DNA of 64,000 nt from Pristiophorus japonicus (lineage: Eukaryota): contig NC_091979.1 in NCBI RefSeq assembly GCF_044704955.1, positions 200,446,001-200,510,000 of the forward strand, written 5' to 3'. Within the stretch, counting starts at the first letter, position 1, and each line of letters begins with the position of its first letter. The position numbers and the translations under genes were made by a program. Below are positions 12,994 through 25,180 of the stretch, piece after piece. Under the pieces are notes generated by a model. That model ran no database searches. It saw only the letters and a list, made by a program, of their open reading frames with translations, and was not told the origin of the DNA.

Positions 12994-13565
12994 CAAACGC
13001 ACAAGTCTGCACAAACTGATTTTTGAGCAGCTACAGGTTAGATATTTAAACAATGATTCAAACTTTACGTTTTATGAAGTTATCAGTATAGAATGGAGTA
13101 TGACAGCATCTATTCACAGTCTACACAACTTAGCTTCTGCACAATAAAAACAAGAGCGGTCAACAATGAGGGAATGTTATGAAAAATAACAGCGAGACAG
13201 ATCAGAACCCAATTTAAAGAGCGGGGGGAGAGGAGACTGTGTTTACTTTGCAGAGTGAGCTACATTAAAACAGCTCACCTCATCAAACTAGATCAATTAA
13301 TAAATAACATACACACACACCACACAGGCTTATTGGTCAGCGCTAACATGGCTGTCGAGACCGCCAGGTAATGAAGTCTCCCGGCTCTCACCCGGGATAC
13401 CGACAGGGACTCCCGTCAAGGGCAAAGCCCACAAGCCCGAGCGCAACCCTTCGCACTTCTCACGGTACACGGCACGTTGTATCAAAAGTCTGCAATTCGC
13501 CCCGCAGAAACGCCAATTACCGGTCGAAAGCAATAAGAAGCGGTTCCCAGGGATGCTCTCGTTAC

Positions 13566-13680
13566 CTGGACGCTAGTTGGCCTTCTCAACCAGAACAGCG
13601 ACATGGCTTGATGGCGGCTCGGCTCCTTCCGATAACGGTTCGGCAATTTCCGGCTCTTTCTGGAACGACGCAAATCATGA
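13566..13680 (-). other. NDUFS1: NDUFS1 exon 1 (5' end approximate)
   Basis: CAG|gtaacg donor at 13566/13565 inside a CpG island, directly upstream of exon 2. Confidence 0.7.
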
Positions 13681-14008
13681 ACGTTACACGTTTCGAACTT
13701 ATTTTCCTCCCTCTCGTCGTAAATACTAGCAATTATCTTTAAAACCATCAAATAAACACATCAAAACGGTTCAACATAAAATCGTTATGTTCGGAAAAAC
13801 CCGTATGCGGCTTCGGTAATTTTCGTGAGTTTCCGAACCCGGACCGATCTACTTTAATGTTCAATTTATCAGAGCTCGCTGTTTAAAGAATCGCATTATT
13901 AAAAAGCGTGTACTGATCTTTATTTTTAAGTGGAGTTTTATTTTATTGGAGCGCCACGCGAGGGCCTCGGTCGATGGCGGGGTCAACCGGGCCATTTCCG
14001 GCGTGCCA

Positions 14009-14043
14009 TATAAAGGCGGCACGCGAAATTTCCGGTCTCTTTT
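14009..14043 (+). promoter_or_regulatory. TATA box and TCT/5'TOP initiator of EEF1B2
   Basis: TATAAA at 14009-14014; CTCTTTT at 14037-14043, about 30 nt downstream. EEF1B2 is an established TOP mRNA. Confidence 0.8.
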
Positions 14044-14113
14044 AACGGCTGCCGCGCGTGTAGTTGCTGTGGAGTCTCAAGGTTGCGCTCGCTCGCAAAC
14101 CCGCCGCCATCCC

Positions 14114-14137
14114 CAATCAATCAATCAATCAATCAAT
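14114..14137 (+). repeat. (CAAT)6 microsatellite in the EEF1B2 5' UTR
   Basis: Read directly from the sequence. Confidence 0.9.
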
Positions 14138-14149
14138 CCATCCACCGCC

Positions 14150-14229
14150 ATGGGGTTCGGGGACTTGAAATCCGCCTCCGGCCTGAAGCTGCTCAACGAC
14201 TTCCTGGCGGACAGGAGCTACATCGAGGG
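14150..14229 (+). CDS. EEF1B2: Elongation factor 1-beta, coding exon 1
   Basis: Kozak gccATGG; [27 protein letters not shown]; 80 nt, donor gtgggt. The seven exons total 675 nt (224 aa plus stop). Confidence 0.96.
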
Positions 14230-14562
14230 GTGGGTAAGGTGGGACGAGGGGGCCGGGTGGTGTCTGCGGGGCCTTGGCCGAGTGAGCGAAAGGCAGAGGC
14301 CGAGGCATAGGGCGGCGAGAAACTCATTAAAGCGGATAGCGTTATTTTCCGTCTTGATATGCGTTCTCTCTTCAACGCCGCCCCAACTCTCTCCCCTCCT
14401 CTTTTCCCCCCCGGCCCCCGGGCTCTCCTCCCCTCCCCCACTCTGGCTCCCCCGGTCCCGATCCCATCTTCTGCCCTCCTGTCTTTCCTATCAGGGAACA
14501 AACTTTTATATGGTTGATAATTGCCTTTGTCTTTTTTTTTAATTGCTTTTATTTGATTAAAG

Positions 14563-14685
14563 GTATGTTCCATCACAAGCTGACATCGCTGTGTTTGAAG
14601 CTCTTGGTACTCCACCTTCGGCTGCCTTCTTCCATGCACTTCGGTGGTACAATCACATCCGGTCCTATGAAAGCACAAAGTCTAG
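14563..14685 (+). CDS. EEF1B2: EEF1B2 coding exon 2
   Basis: 123 nt; [40 protein letters not shown]; ag/gt boundaries. Confidence 0.97.
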
Positions 14686-15086
14686 GTATGATGTACTTGA
14701 TGTGAACTGTACATATTTGCGGATACAAGAAAGGTTAATTTTATATGGTACTTTATTGTGACTTGAAGTACTTCTCATACTAGTGAATAACCTTCAAATA
14801 GTGACTATTATAGGCATTTTGACGGTGAGTTTATTATGAAGACTGCAAAGCTATAGATGACTATTTTGAATATTGAGGTATATTACCCAGGAGAATGCTG
14901 TTGTTCAAATAGCCTAAGGATATTTATCATTCATACAAAGAGGTCGGTGTGGTCAGTTTAACAGTTCATCCAACGGATATCACCTGAAACAATTTATTAT
15001 TCCCTCACTGGTTCAAGCCTAGATTATTTGGTTAAATTCTGGAATGGGAGTTATTAAAAGCTGAGTGCTTCAGGTTCATCATGGGA

Positions 15087-17250
15087 CATAGAAACATAGA
15101 AAAGAGGTGCAAGAGTAGGCCATTCAGCCCTTTGAGCCTGCACCACTATTCAATATGATCATGCAACTTCAGTATCCCATTCCTGCTTTCTCTCCATACC
15201 CCTTGATCCCTTTAGCCGTAAGGGCCACATCTAACTCCATTTTGAAAATATCCAATGAATTGGCCTCAACAACTTTGTGGTAGAGAATTCCACAGGTTTG
15301 CAATTCTCTGAGTGAAGAAGTTTCTCCTCATTTCGGTTCTAAATGGCTTACCCCTTATCCTTCAACTGTGACCCCTGGTTCTGGACTTCCCCAACATCAG
15401 GAGCATTCTTCCTGCATTGAACATGTCCAATCCCATCAGAATTTTGTGTTTCTATGAGATCCCCTCATTCTTTTAAATTCCAGTGAATATAAGCCTAGTT
15501 GATCCAGTCTTTCTTCATATGTCAGTCCTGCCATCCTGGGAATCAGTCTGGTGAACCTTCGCTGCACTCCCTCAAATAGCAAGAATGTCCTTCCTCAGAT
15601 TAGGAGACCAAAACTACACAATATTCAAGGTGTGGCCTCACCAAGGCCCTGCATAACTGCAGTAAGACCTCCCTGCTCCTGTACTCAATTCCTCTCACTA
15701 TGAAGGCCAACATGCCATTTTCTGTCTTCACTGCCTGCTGTACCTGCATGCCAACTTTTAATGACTGATGTACTATTGCACCCCTCCTTTTCCTAATCTG
15801 TCACCATTCAGATAATCTGCCTTTCTATTTTTGCCACCAAGGATAACCTCACATTTATCTACATTATACTGCATCTGCCATGCATTTGCTCACTCACCTA
15901 AACCTGTCCAAGTCATCCTGCATCCTCCTGACAGCGCACACTGCCACCCAGCTTGGTGTCATCTGCAAACTTAGAGATTCCTTTGTCCAAATCATTAATG
16001 TATATTGTAAATAGCTGGGGTCCCAGCACTGGACCTTGTTGTACCCCACTAGTCACTGCCTGCCATTCTGAAAAGAACCTGTTTATTCCTACTCTTTGCT
16101 TCCTGTCTTCCAATCAGTTCTCTCTCCATGTCAATACATTACCCCCAAAACCATGTGCTTTAATTTTGCACACTAATCTCTTGTGTGGGACCTTGTCAAA
16201 AGCCTTTTTAAAGTCCAAATACACCACATCCACTGGTTCTCCCTTGTCCACTCTAGTAGTTACATTTTCAAAAAATTCTAGAAGATTTGTCAAGCATGAT
16301 TTCACTTTCATAAATCCATGCTGACTTGGACTGATCCTGTCATTACTTTCCAAATGCGCTGCTATTACATACTTTATTCCAACATTTTCCCCACTACTGA
16401 TGTCAGGTTAACTGGTCTATAATGCCCTGTTATTTTTCTCTCCCTCCTTTTTTAAAAAGTGTTGTTACATTAGCTACCCTCCAATCCATAGGAACTGATC
16501 CAGAGTCTACAGAATGTTGGAAAATGACCACCAATCCATCCACTATTTCTAGAGTCACTTTCTTAAGTACTCTGGGATGCAGACTATCAGGCCCTGGGGA
16601 TTTATCGGCCTTCAATCCCATCAATTTCCCTAACACAATTTCCTGACTAATAAGGATTTCCTTCAGTTCCTCCTTCTCGCTAGACCCTCGGTCCCCTAGT
16701 ATTTCCGGAAGGTTATTTGTGTTTTCCTTAGTGAAGATAGAACCAAAGTATTTGTTCAATTGGTCTGCCATTTCCTTGTTCCCCATTATAAATTCACCTG
16801 ATTCTGACTGCAAGAAACCTACATTTGTCTTCACTAATCTTTTTCTTTTCACATATCTATAGAAGCTTTTGCAGTCAGTTTTTATGTTCCCTGCAAGCTT
16901 GCACTCATACTCTATTTCCCCCCTCCTAATTAAACCCTTTGTCCTCCTCTGCTGAATTCTAAATTTCTCCCAATCCTCAGGTTTGCTGCTTTTTCTGGTC
17001 AATTTATATGCCTCTTCCTTGGATTTATCCGTAATTTCCCTTGTTCGCCACGGTTGAGCCACCTTCCATGTTTTATTTTTACGCCAGAAAGGGATGTACA
17101 ATTGTTGAAGTTCATCCCTGTGATCTTTAAATGCCTGCCATTGCCTATCCACCGTCAACCCTTTAAGAATCATTCGCCAATCCATCCTAGCCAATTCATA
17201 TCTATACCATCGAAGTTTGCTTTCTTTACGTTCAGGACCCTAGTCTGAGT
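15087..17250 (-). mobile_element. CR1 LINE, 5'-truncated, in EEF1B2 intron 2
   Basis: KSPGPDSLHP, QHGF...SCLTNLLEFFE, YLDFKKAFDKVPH and KFADDTK motifs; catagaaa tail at about 15087. Confidence 0.93.
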
Positions 17251-17694
17251 TAACAGTGTACTTTGTATGGCCTTGATTCTTTAACTCTTATTAGTTGTCC
17301 AGCCAAGTTTCATAGTTGGTGGGAAGCACTGTTTAGAGAATGCATATTAGAGATTTATTTCAAGACTGCACTCCTACCCTGCACAAACTTGAATGTTACT
17401 TGACTTTAACGGACAATGTGTGACCCGGGCTCTCTGTTGAGGATGTCACTTCAGTTGATCTAAAAGGAGGACAACCCACCTGTGCTGCTTTGAGATGGAT
17501 TAGATTTCGATAGAATAAAAAACTGAACACATTTTAAGATTGTAAGAGAAGTTTCATAGAACTTTGGAACTGTTCATTCAGGCTGATGTTGATTTCCTTT
17601 TTATTGGTCATCTCACTAGTGTGAATAGATAATGTAGATGATAACTCCTGACTTCCAATTAGTTGTAACTTGATAAAATCTTGCAAACCAGACC

Positions 17695-18630
17695 ATTCAC
17701 AACCATGCCGTCCAATTTAACCGTGAGATGAGCTTCCAACCACATCTGCTCTGTCACCATGACTCTACTGCCATCTCCATAACATTGCCTGTATGTTCCT
17801 GCCTCGGCTCCTCTACTGCTGAAACACTCATCCATACTGTTGTTACATATAGGCTTGATTATTTCAATGCTCTCCTGGCAGGTCTCCTATAAACTTGAAC
17901 TCCTATAAAGCTCATTCTGCCATTCCCATTTACACCTCTTCTGGACTCATCTTTTGTTTCTTTACTTATCCCATTTCCTTTTGCTTTGTATAATCTTACC
18001 TTTTTTCATTTCATCACTCCTGCCTTCCACCCTGTCACACACTTTCCATTTTGTGCTTTCCTCCCCTCCCCCCATTCCCTACACTTGCTTAAAATCTTAC
18101 ATCTCTAACTACTTCCAGTTCTAATGAAAGGTCATCGACTTGAAACGTTAACTGTTCCTCTCTCCACAGATGCTGCCTGATCATCTGAGTATTTCCAGCG
18201 TTTTCTGATTTTATTTCTTAGAAAACTGCTTGCACCAAGTCCTGCTCACTCATCACCCCTGTGCTCGCTGATCTATATTAGCTACCAGTCTGGCAATGCT
18301 GCGGTCTTAAAATTCTCATCCTTGTTTTCAAATCCCTTGACTGCCTTGTCCAGCCCCATCACCGTAACCTCCTCCAGCCCTTCAACACTCAGGGATCTCT
18401 GCCCTCCTCCAATTCTGGCCTTTGGCTGCCTGGGCCCTAATCTCTGGAATTTCCCCCCTGAACTATTCTGAGTGCCTCCTCCTTTTTAAAACACTCCTTT
18501 AAAACCTTCTGAGACCCAAGTTTTTGGTCACCTGTCCTAATGACTCCTAATATGGCTTGATGTCAAACTTTATTTGATAACACACCTGTGAAGCACCTTG
18601 TGATGTTTTACAAAGGTGCTATATAAATAA
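17695..18630 (+). mobile_element. L2 3' fragment interrupted by a Penelope-like terminal-repeat fragment (about 17920-18220)
   Basis: L2 end (cctgtgaagcaccttg...aaaggtgctatataaat); Penelope-type tract gaaaggtcatcgacttgaaacgttaactg...cacagatgctgcctga. Confidence 0.65.
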
Positions 18631-19591
18631 AATGTTTTTGGTCAAATACAGCTGTTTGTGCCCTCTAATTGTAGAGCATGCTTGCTGTACTCTAAACCTT
18701 CAATGTGCACTCATCCCTTCTGGCATATGACCAAAGCCAACTTTATGCAGTTTTCACAGCAATATGGAAGGAATTTGGTTCTGAAAAGGCTGTTAAATAT
18801 TACTAGAATCCCTTAAGAACAAAAGTTATTCATCACTGCAAATCAGTGGCCCCAGTTATCAAAAAGACCCAGTACTCTGGTCTGAGCTCGGCATTGCAAA
18901 ACCATGGACATGTACTCCACTTTTATAGCTGTGACTTCAACATACTATTTCTTTCCAAATGCCTTTCCATTGAAAGTGGAGGGCCTACTGTTAGTCCAAA
19001 GTCTCTCTGTACTAGCTATTTAATTTGTGGGTTGCTTGCAATACACTAGAAATGTGCACTATTAAAGTGGCAGCAACCTTTTTGCCTTGGGATCTATATT
19101 AAAGTAAATTTCCAAAAATATTCTCGAGACAATTCTAACTTATTGCCCTTTTAAAAGTCTTTTGCTGCCCTGCTGCAAATCACTTATCCCATAAAGAAAG
19201 ACTTGCCAGTATACAACACCTTCCACAAACTCAGGACACCCAAAACACTTTACAATGAATAAAGTACCTTTGATGTGTGGTCACTGTTATAATGTAGGAA
19301 AAAATTGAGCTGAACTGTTGATCGTGAAGGAAAATTAGATGGTGATTTGTGGGGGGAGGGGGCTGAGATTTTCTATCGCAAATAATTTTATCAATTTTGT
19401 AGATTTGGCGACGGAGTTAGATGTCGTCTTGCATTAATTTTGGGAAACATTGGAACTGGATGTGGTGAGATTGCAAAAGCTGAATTACTGGCGATTTAGA
19501 TTATGGTGTAAATCCAAACCAGAATGTTTTAGCCCCAATTCTGGTGTCTGCCTAATTCTTGATTGCAATTCTGACCTTTAACCTCTGACAG

Positions 19592-19715
19592 CCTTCCAGG
19601 TGTTAAGCAGCCTCTTGGTAAATATGGGCCACAAAACGTAGCAGATACAACACCAACAAAAGCAGTGGCAGACGATGACGATGACATTGATCTATTTGGA
19701 TCTGATGATGATGAG
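19592..19715 (+). CDS. EEF1B2: EEF1B2 coding exon 3
   Basis: 124 nt; [13 protein letters not shown]...[15 protein letters not shown] (acidic region). Confidence 0.97.
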
Positions 19716-20270
19716 GTGGGTTCTGTGCCAACAGATTTACCAGAGCTGGACCTGTGCTATCATGTGACAGCATCCCTCCAAGCCTGAAAATGTTACCCAT
19801 ACTTTTGTTATATGAAGTAGTGTGAATATTTTAGATACCCTATCTTAATATTTTTAAATGCCAGTGCTCTTAAGTTAATACATTGGTCAGAGTGTAGCAT
19901 TGGATGGATTCACACCTTTATTATACTTCAAACCGTAAACCTCAAACTCTACTATTAAAATGTATTAATCTCTCTGAGTAACAGTATGATGTGAAACTAA
20001 GTATCTCCAACTGGCAATTCCAAAACTGTTGTCGCAAAATTTTACTTAGAATTTGTAGGTTCACTTACAAAATTGAAGCTATTGAGTACATGTAGAAGAT
20101 CCAGGTTTGTGTCTGATCTCTCAGGATAGTGAAGGCTGGCTGATCATTAGAATTGGCAGAGGCTTGAAAATATGTCTGGGGTGAAGAGACAAATCATAAT
20201 CCCTTAAATAGGTTGTCATGTTCATCCTGCCAAATTAATTTTGGCTTGTTTGTGATTTCCTAGTATCTGA

Positions 20271-20352
20271 GACTGGTTTTCATGATGATTCTAATTCACC
20301 ATCTTTCGGCTGAATTCATGATTATACTGTAAACTATCTGACAAAACCAGTC
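20271..20352 (+). ncRNA. SNORD51: C/D box snoRNA SNORD51 (U51), copy 1, intron 3
   Basis: Terminal stem gactggtttt/aaaaccagtc; C box ATGATGA at 20282; guide TTCACCATCTTTCGG plus D' CTGA, complementary to 28S CCGAAAGAUGGUGAA; D box at 20338-20341, about 76 nt upstream of the 3' splice site. Human EEF1B2 hosts SNORD51. Confidence 0.93.
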
Positions 20353-20417
20353 AAATTTCCTTGTATGTTGAAGTTCCATTATGAATATCATTGACTATTT
20401 ATATCTATCTCTTACAG

Positions 20418-20484
20418 GAAAGTGCAGAGGCTCAGAGGATCAAGGAAGAACGTCTAGCTCAATATGAAGCTAAAAAATCCAAGA
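20418..20484 (+). CDS. EEF1B2: EEF1B2 coding exon 4
   Basis: 67 nt; ESAEAQRIKEERLAQYEAKKSK. Confidence 0.97.
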
Positions 20485-20519
20485 GTATGTAATAATTTAG
20501 TATAACATGGTCTGGAGTC

Positions 20520-23500
20520 AACATAGAAATTTACAGTGCAGGAGGCGGCCATTCCGGCCCATCGTGTTCGTGCCGGCCGACAGAGCCACATGGCCCTTGG
20601 TCAGCAGCCCTATACCTATGAACAATGACAGAAAAGCAAAGAGCACCCAGCCCAACCAATCCACCTCGCTGCAACTGCAACACCTGTTAGACTAAAACAT
20701 TCTACACTCCACCCCAACCGGAGCCATGATCTACTGGGAGAGGCAAAAACCAGATTAAAAACCCAGGCCAATTTAGGGAGAAAAAATCTGGGAAAATTCC
20801 TCTCCGACCCATCTAGGCGATCGAAACTAGTCCAGGAGTTCACCCCGGCTGTATTCTATTTCCTGCAATACTTGCCGTTATTTCTGCTCCGTCCAACAAA
20901 AGGTCATTCAGTCTAATCCCAATTACCAGCTCTAGGTCCGTAACCCTGCAGGTTGCTGCACTTTTAAGTGCTCATCCAACCAACTCTTTAAAAAGTGGTG
21001 AGGGTTTCTGTATTCACCACTCCTCCAGGCAGCAAATTCCAGATCCCCACAACCTTCTATGTAAAGAAGCCCCCCTCAAATCCTCTCTAAACCTTCCACT
21101 AACAACCTTAAAACAATGCCCCCTCATAACAGACACCTCCAACAATGGAAATAGACCCATATCTACTATTTCCAGGCCCCTCAATATTTTGTACATCTCA
21201 ATGAAGTCTCCTCTCAACCTCTGTTCCAATGAGAACAAACCCAGCCTATCCAATCTGTCCTCATAACTAAAATTCTCCATTCCAGGCAGCATCCTAGTAA
21301 AACTCCTTTGCACCCTCTAGTGCAATCATGTCCTTCCTATAATACAGTGACCAGAACTGCACGCAATACTCCAGCTGTGGCCTAACCAATGTATTATACA
21401 ATTTAAGCATAACCTCCCTGCTCTTGTATTCTGTGCCTCGGCCAATAAAGGCAAGCATTCCGTATGCCTTCTTAACCACCTTATCAACTTGGCCTGCTAC
21501 TTTCAGGGATTTGTGGACAAGCACTCCAAGGTCTCTTTGTTCATCTATACTATTAAGTGGCCTACTGCTTAATGTGTATACCCTTTCCTTATTGGCCCCC
21601 TCAAAGTGCATCACCTCATACTTCTCTGAATTAAATTCCATTTGCCACTGCTCTGCCCGCTTGACCAGTAGATTGATATCCTCCTGCAGCCCATGAGTTT
21701 TCTCCATTATCAGCCACACAGCCAATTTTAGTGTCGTCCGCAACCACCTTAATCATACTCCCTATATTCAAATCTAAATCGTTGATATATACCACAAAAA
21801 GCAAGAGTCCCAGTACTGAGCCCTGTGGAACCCCACTGGAAACATTCTTCCAGTCACACAAACATCCATCAACCATTACCCTTTGTTTCCTTCCTCCAAG
21901 CTGATTTTGGATCCAACTTGACACTTTGCCCTGTATCCTATGGGCTTTAACCTTCATGACCAGTCTACCATGTGGGATCTTATCAAAAGTTTTGCTAAAG
22001 TACATATATACTACATCGTATGCACTACCCTCATCGACCCTCATGGTTACCTCTTCAAAAAATTCAATCAAGTTAGTCAGACATCATCTTCCCTTAACAA
22101 ATCTGTGCTGACTGTCCCTAATTAATCCTGGTCTTTCCAAATGTAAATTTATCCTGTCTTTCAGGTTTTTTCCCCAATAATTTTCCCACCATCGGAGGTT
22201 AGGCTGACAGGCCTGTAATTACTTGGCCTATCTCTTTCTCCCTTCTTAAACAAAGATACTACATTAGCAGTCCTCCAATCCTCCAGCACCATGCCTAGAT
22301 CCAAAGAGGACTGGAAATTGACGGTCAGGGCCCCTGCTATTTCATCTTACTTCACTTAACAGCCTGGGATGCATTTCATCTGCGCCTGGGGACTTGGCTA
22401 TTTTCAAAACTGCTAAACCCCTTAATACTTCCCCTCACACATTTATTTCATCCAGAATATCACACTCTTCCTCGATTGCAGTATTTGCATTGCTCCTTTC
22501 TTTTGTGAAAACAGTTGCAAAGAATTTAAGAACTCTCCCAACATCTGCCTCCACACAAAGAATACCCTCATGGTCTCTAATAGCCCTACCCTTTCTTTAG
22601 TTACCCTCTTCATATATTTATAGAACATCTTGGGGTTTTCCTTAATTTTACTGGCCAAGAATTTCTCATGCTCACTTAGCATTCCTAATATCCTTTTTAA
22701 TTTTGCCTTGTAACTTTCTATATTCCTCTAAAGATTCTATAGTATTTAGCTGTTGATATATGACATAAGCGTCGCTTTTTTCTTAATCCTCCCCTGTAAA
22801 TCCCTAGACATCCAGGGGGCTCGAATTATTTTTCTCAACCTTTTTCTTTTAAGGGCATATGTTTTGGCTTGAGCCTTCCGGATTTCCTCATTTAAATGCC
22901 TCCCACTGTTCCGACACTGATTTACCAACAAGTAGCTGTTTCCAGTCCACCATGGCCAAATCACTCCTTAACTTAGCAAAATTAGCTTTTCCCCAATTCA
23001 GAACTTTTATTGCAGGCCACTTCTTGTCCTTATCTATAACATGACGGAATTATGGTTACTGGCACCCAAGTGCTCTCCTACTATAATACCCCTTCAACCT
23101 GTCCAGCTTCATTCCCCAAAACTAAATCCAAGACCTCCCCCTCTCATGTTGGGCTTGCTACATACTGACTTAAAAAAAAGTTCTCTTGAATGCATTTCAA
23201 GAATTATGCATCCTCTATCCCTTCACACTATTTACCCCAATCAATATTTGGATAGTTAAAAACCCCTACTATTACTTCCCTATGGTTTTTGGACTTCACA
23301 GCAATTTGGCTACATATTTGGTCCTCTATCTCCCTCCCACTGTTTGTTTGGGAGTCTATAATACATGGCCAGCAGTGTGATTGCCCTTTTTTTAATTTTT
23401 CAATTCGACCCATATGGCCTCATTTGATGATCCCTCTAACATAACATATCCCTCCTCGCCGCTGTAATATTTTCTTTAATCAGTACTGCAACCCCCCCTC

Positions 23501-23665
23501 CCTACATTTTTTACCCCCCCCTCTCTTGTCTAAAAGTCCTGTAGCCAGGAATATTGATCTGCCAAACCTGCCCCTCTTTCAGCTATGTTTCTGTAATGGC
23601 TATAATGTCATACTCCCAAGTGTCTACCTGTGCTCTTAGCTCATCTGCTTTATTCGCTATACTCA
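20520..23665 (-). mobile_element. CR1 LINE (second subfamily), degenerate EN-RT ORF2 with long 3' UTR
   Basis: GVFNYPNIDW (EN), [17 protein letters not shown] and RPQLEYCVQFWS motifs, with frameshifts. Confidence 0.9.
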
Positions 23666-24559
23666 AGAATGCTTAATTTTTATAAACTAAAAGATGACTA
23701 CTTTGAAAAGGCTCCCTAACTGGTTGTAGTATGGGGTCTTGCATCATGCCTCACTGCTGGTGTTAAATGTATAAATTACCAGCATTGTGCTAATACTGTG
23801 GCAGATATGATTATCACAATATATGTCTTGTTCTTCAGATCCTTTGCTCAGAAATCCACATAGATACACTCCCATAGAGCAAAACCCTCAAGTTCAGATA
23901 GCTGTGTGGGTTGGCAGCAGCCAAGACTTGGACACCCAAGTGTGTGGGGTAATACAAGAGTTAAATAGTTAAAATAGCACAGCTAAGCAGAATGAATGAG
24001 TCCATTGGTCTGCAGAGTGGGAGGAATCTGAGCTTCCTGTGATAGTCTGCCACTCCAGGGCCCATTGACTACTCGCCAGTTTAATTCAAGTACTGGTTAC
24101 TGAGCATGCCACGGAGGGTTAATACTAAAGCAGAATTGTTAATGCTGAAGGAAACGCTGCTCTAAGTTCGACTTTTCCCTTTTGTTAACTGAGTTTCAAC
24201 TCCGTTGCAACTGACTGTTTAGCACAATGGTCAAAGATTACAGTGACTGCAAAACCTTCTTGCAGCCACGCTAGGTATTTCCCCACTAGTATTTCAGTAA
24301 AGCATTTTGGGCATGTGAAATGCTATTGTCTATTTGAACTGAAAACATCCAATGGTACAATTAGGGTGTTGATTTTGTCCATGCAGATGTTTTGAGAGTT
24401 TAAGCGCAGGTGAAGTGTTGGTGCCAGAAGTGTGATTTTTAACGTTTAAAGAAGCATTTTGGCTTAATTTTTAAGTTATTGCTATACTGAAGATGCCCAG
24501 TAACTTGCACCGTTAAGTGGATTTATACTCTGATAGCTGTACAATGAAAAACTTGGAGC

Positions 24560-24637
24560 TTGGTTTTAATGATGATTCCAATTCACCATCTTTCGACTGA
24601 ATCAATGATGTGAATTCATCTAATCTGACAAAACCAA
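24560..24637 (+). ncRNA. SNORD51: SNORD51 paralogue, copy 2, intron 4
   Basis: Stem ttggtttt/aaaaccaa; C box ATGATGA at 24569; guide TTCACCATCTTTCG(A) plus D' CTGA at 24597; C'-like ATGATGT; D box CTGA at 24625. Confidence 0.88.
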
Positions 24638-25180
24638 TCTGTTTTAATGTGCTGGGCAAAATTGGGAGAGTTTTTAAAAACAGTATTGTTCGAGTTTGTA
24701 GATATTGGAAATGTAAATTAAATTATGTCTTACTATGTAAATAGTGTATTTGTTTTTGCAATATGTGTGACTACTTTGTATGCCTAGACTATTCAAATTC
24801 AATTTGCACTTCTATTAATTTAAAGCATTTTAAATGGCAGTTTTTATTTTTAAATGGCAGTTTTGATTCTCAAATGTAAATATATCTGGGATTCAGATTT
24901 TGAAGTAACTGCATGGAGTAGTTGAAGTGAATTGCATAAGATGCCTTTTAAAAGGAAACTAGATCAGTACATGGCATAGAAAGGAATAGAAGGGTATATA
25001 GGGTTAGATGAAGTAGGGTGGGTGGAGGCTTGTGTGGAGCATAAAGACTGGCCTAGACTATTTGGGTCAAATGGCCTAATTCTGTCCAGTAAATTCTATG
25101 CATAACTGTACTTGTGTATGTACTTGGAAGTGAGTCCTTGCAATTAATTACCACATTTAATTTGTGATATTTGCTTTTAG

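Larger units (their letters stand above)
13330..14490. promoter_or_regulatory. CpG-island bidirectional promoter NDUFS1/EEF1B2
   Basis: CpG-rich. YY1-like ATGGCGG at 13611 and about 13974; ETS/GABP-like TTCCGG at about 13648, 13996 and 14030. Confidence 0.8.

Noticed and set aside
13946-14542. 198-aa ORF over the EEF1B2 start
   Set aside because: Read-through of promoter, exon 1 and intron 1; only 14150-14229 is coding.
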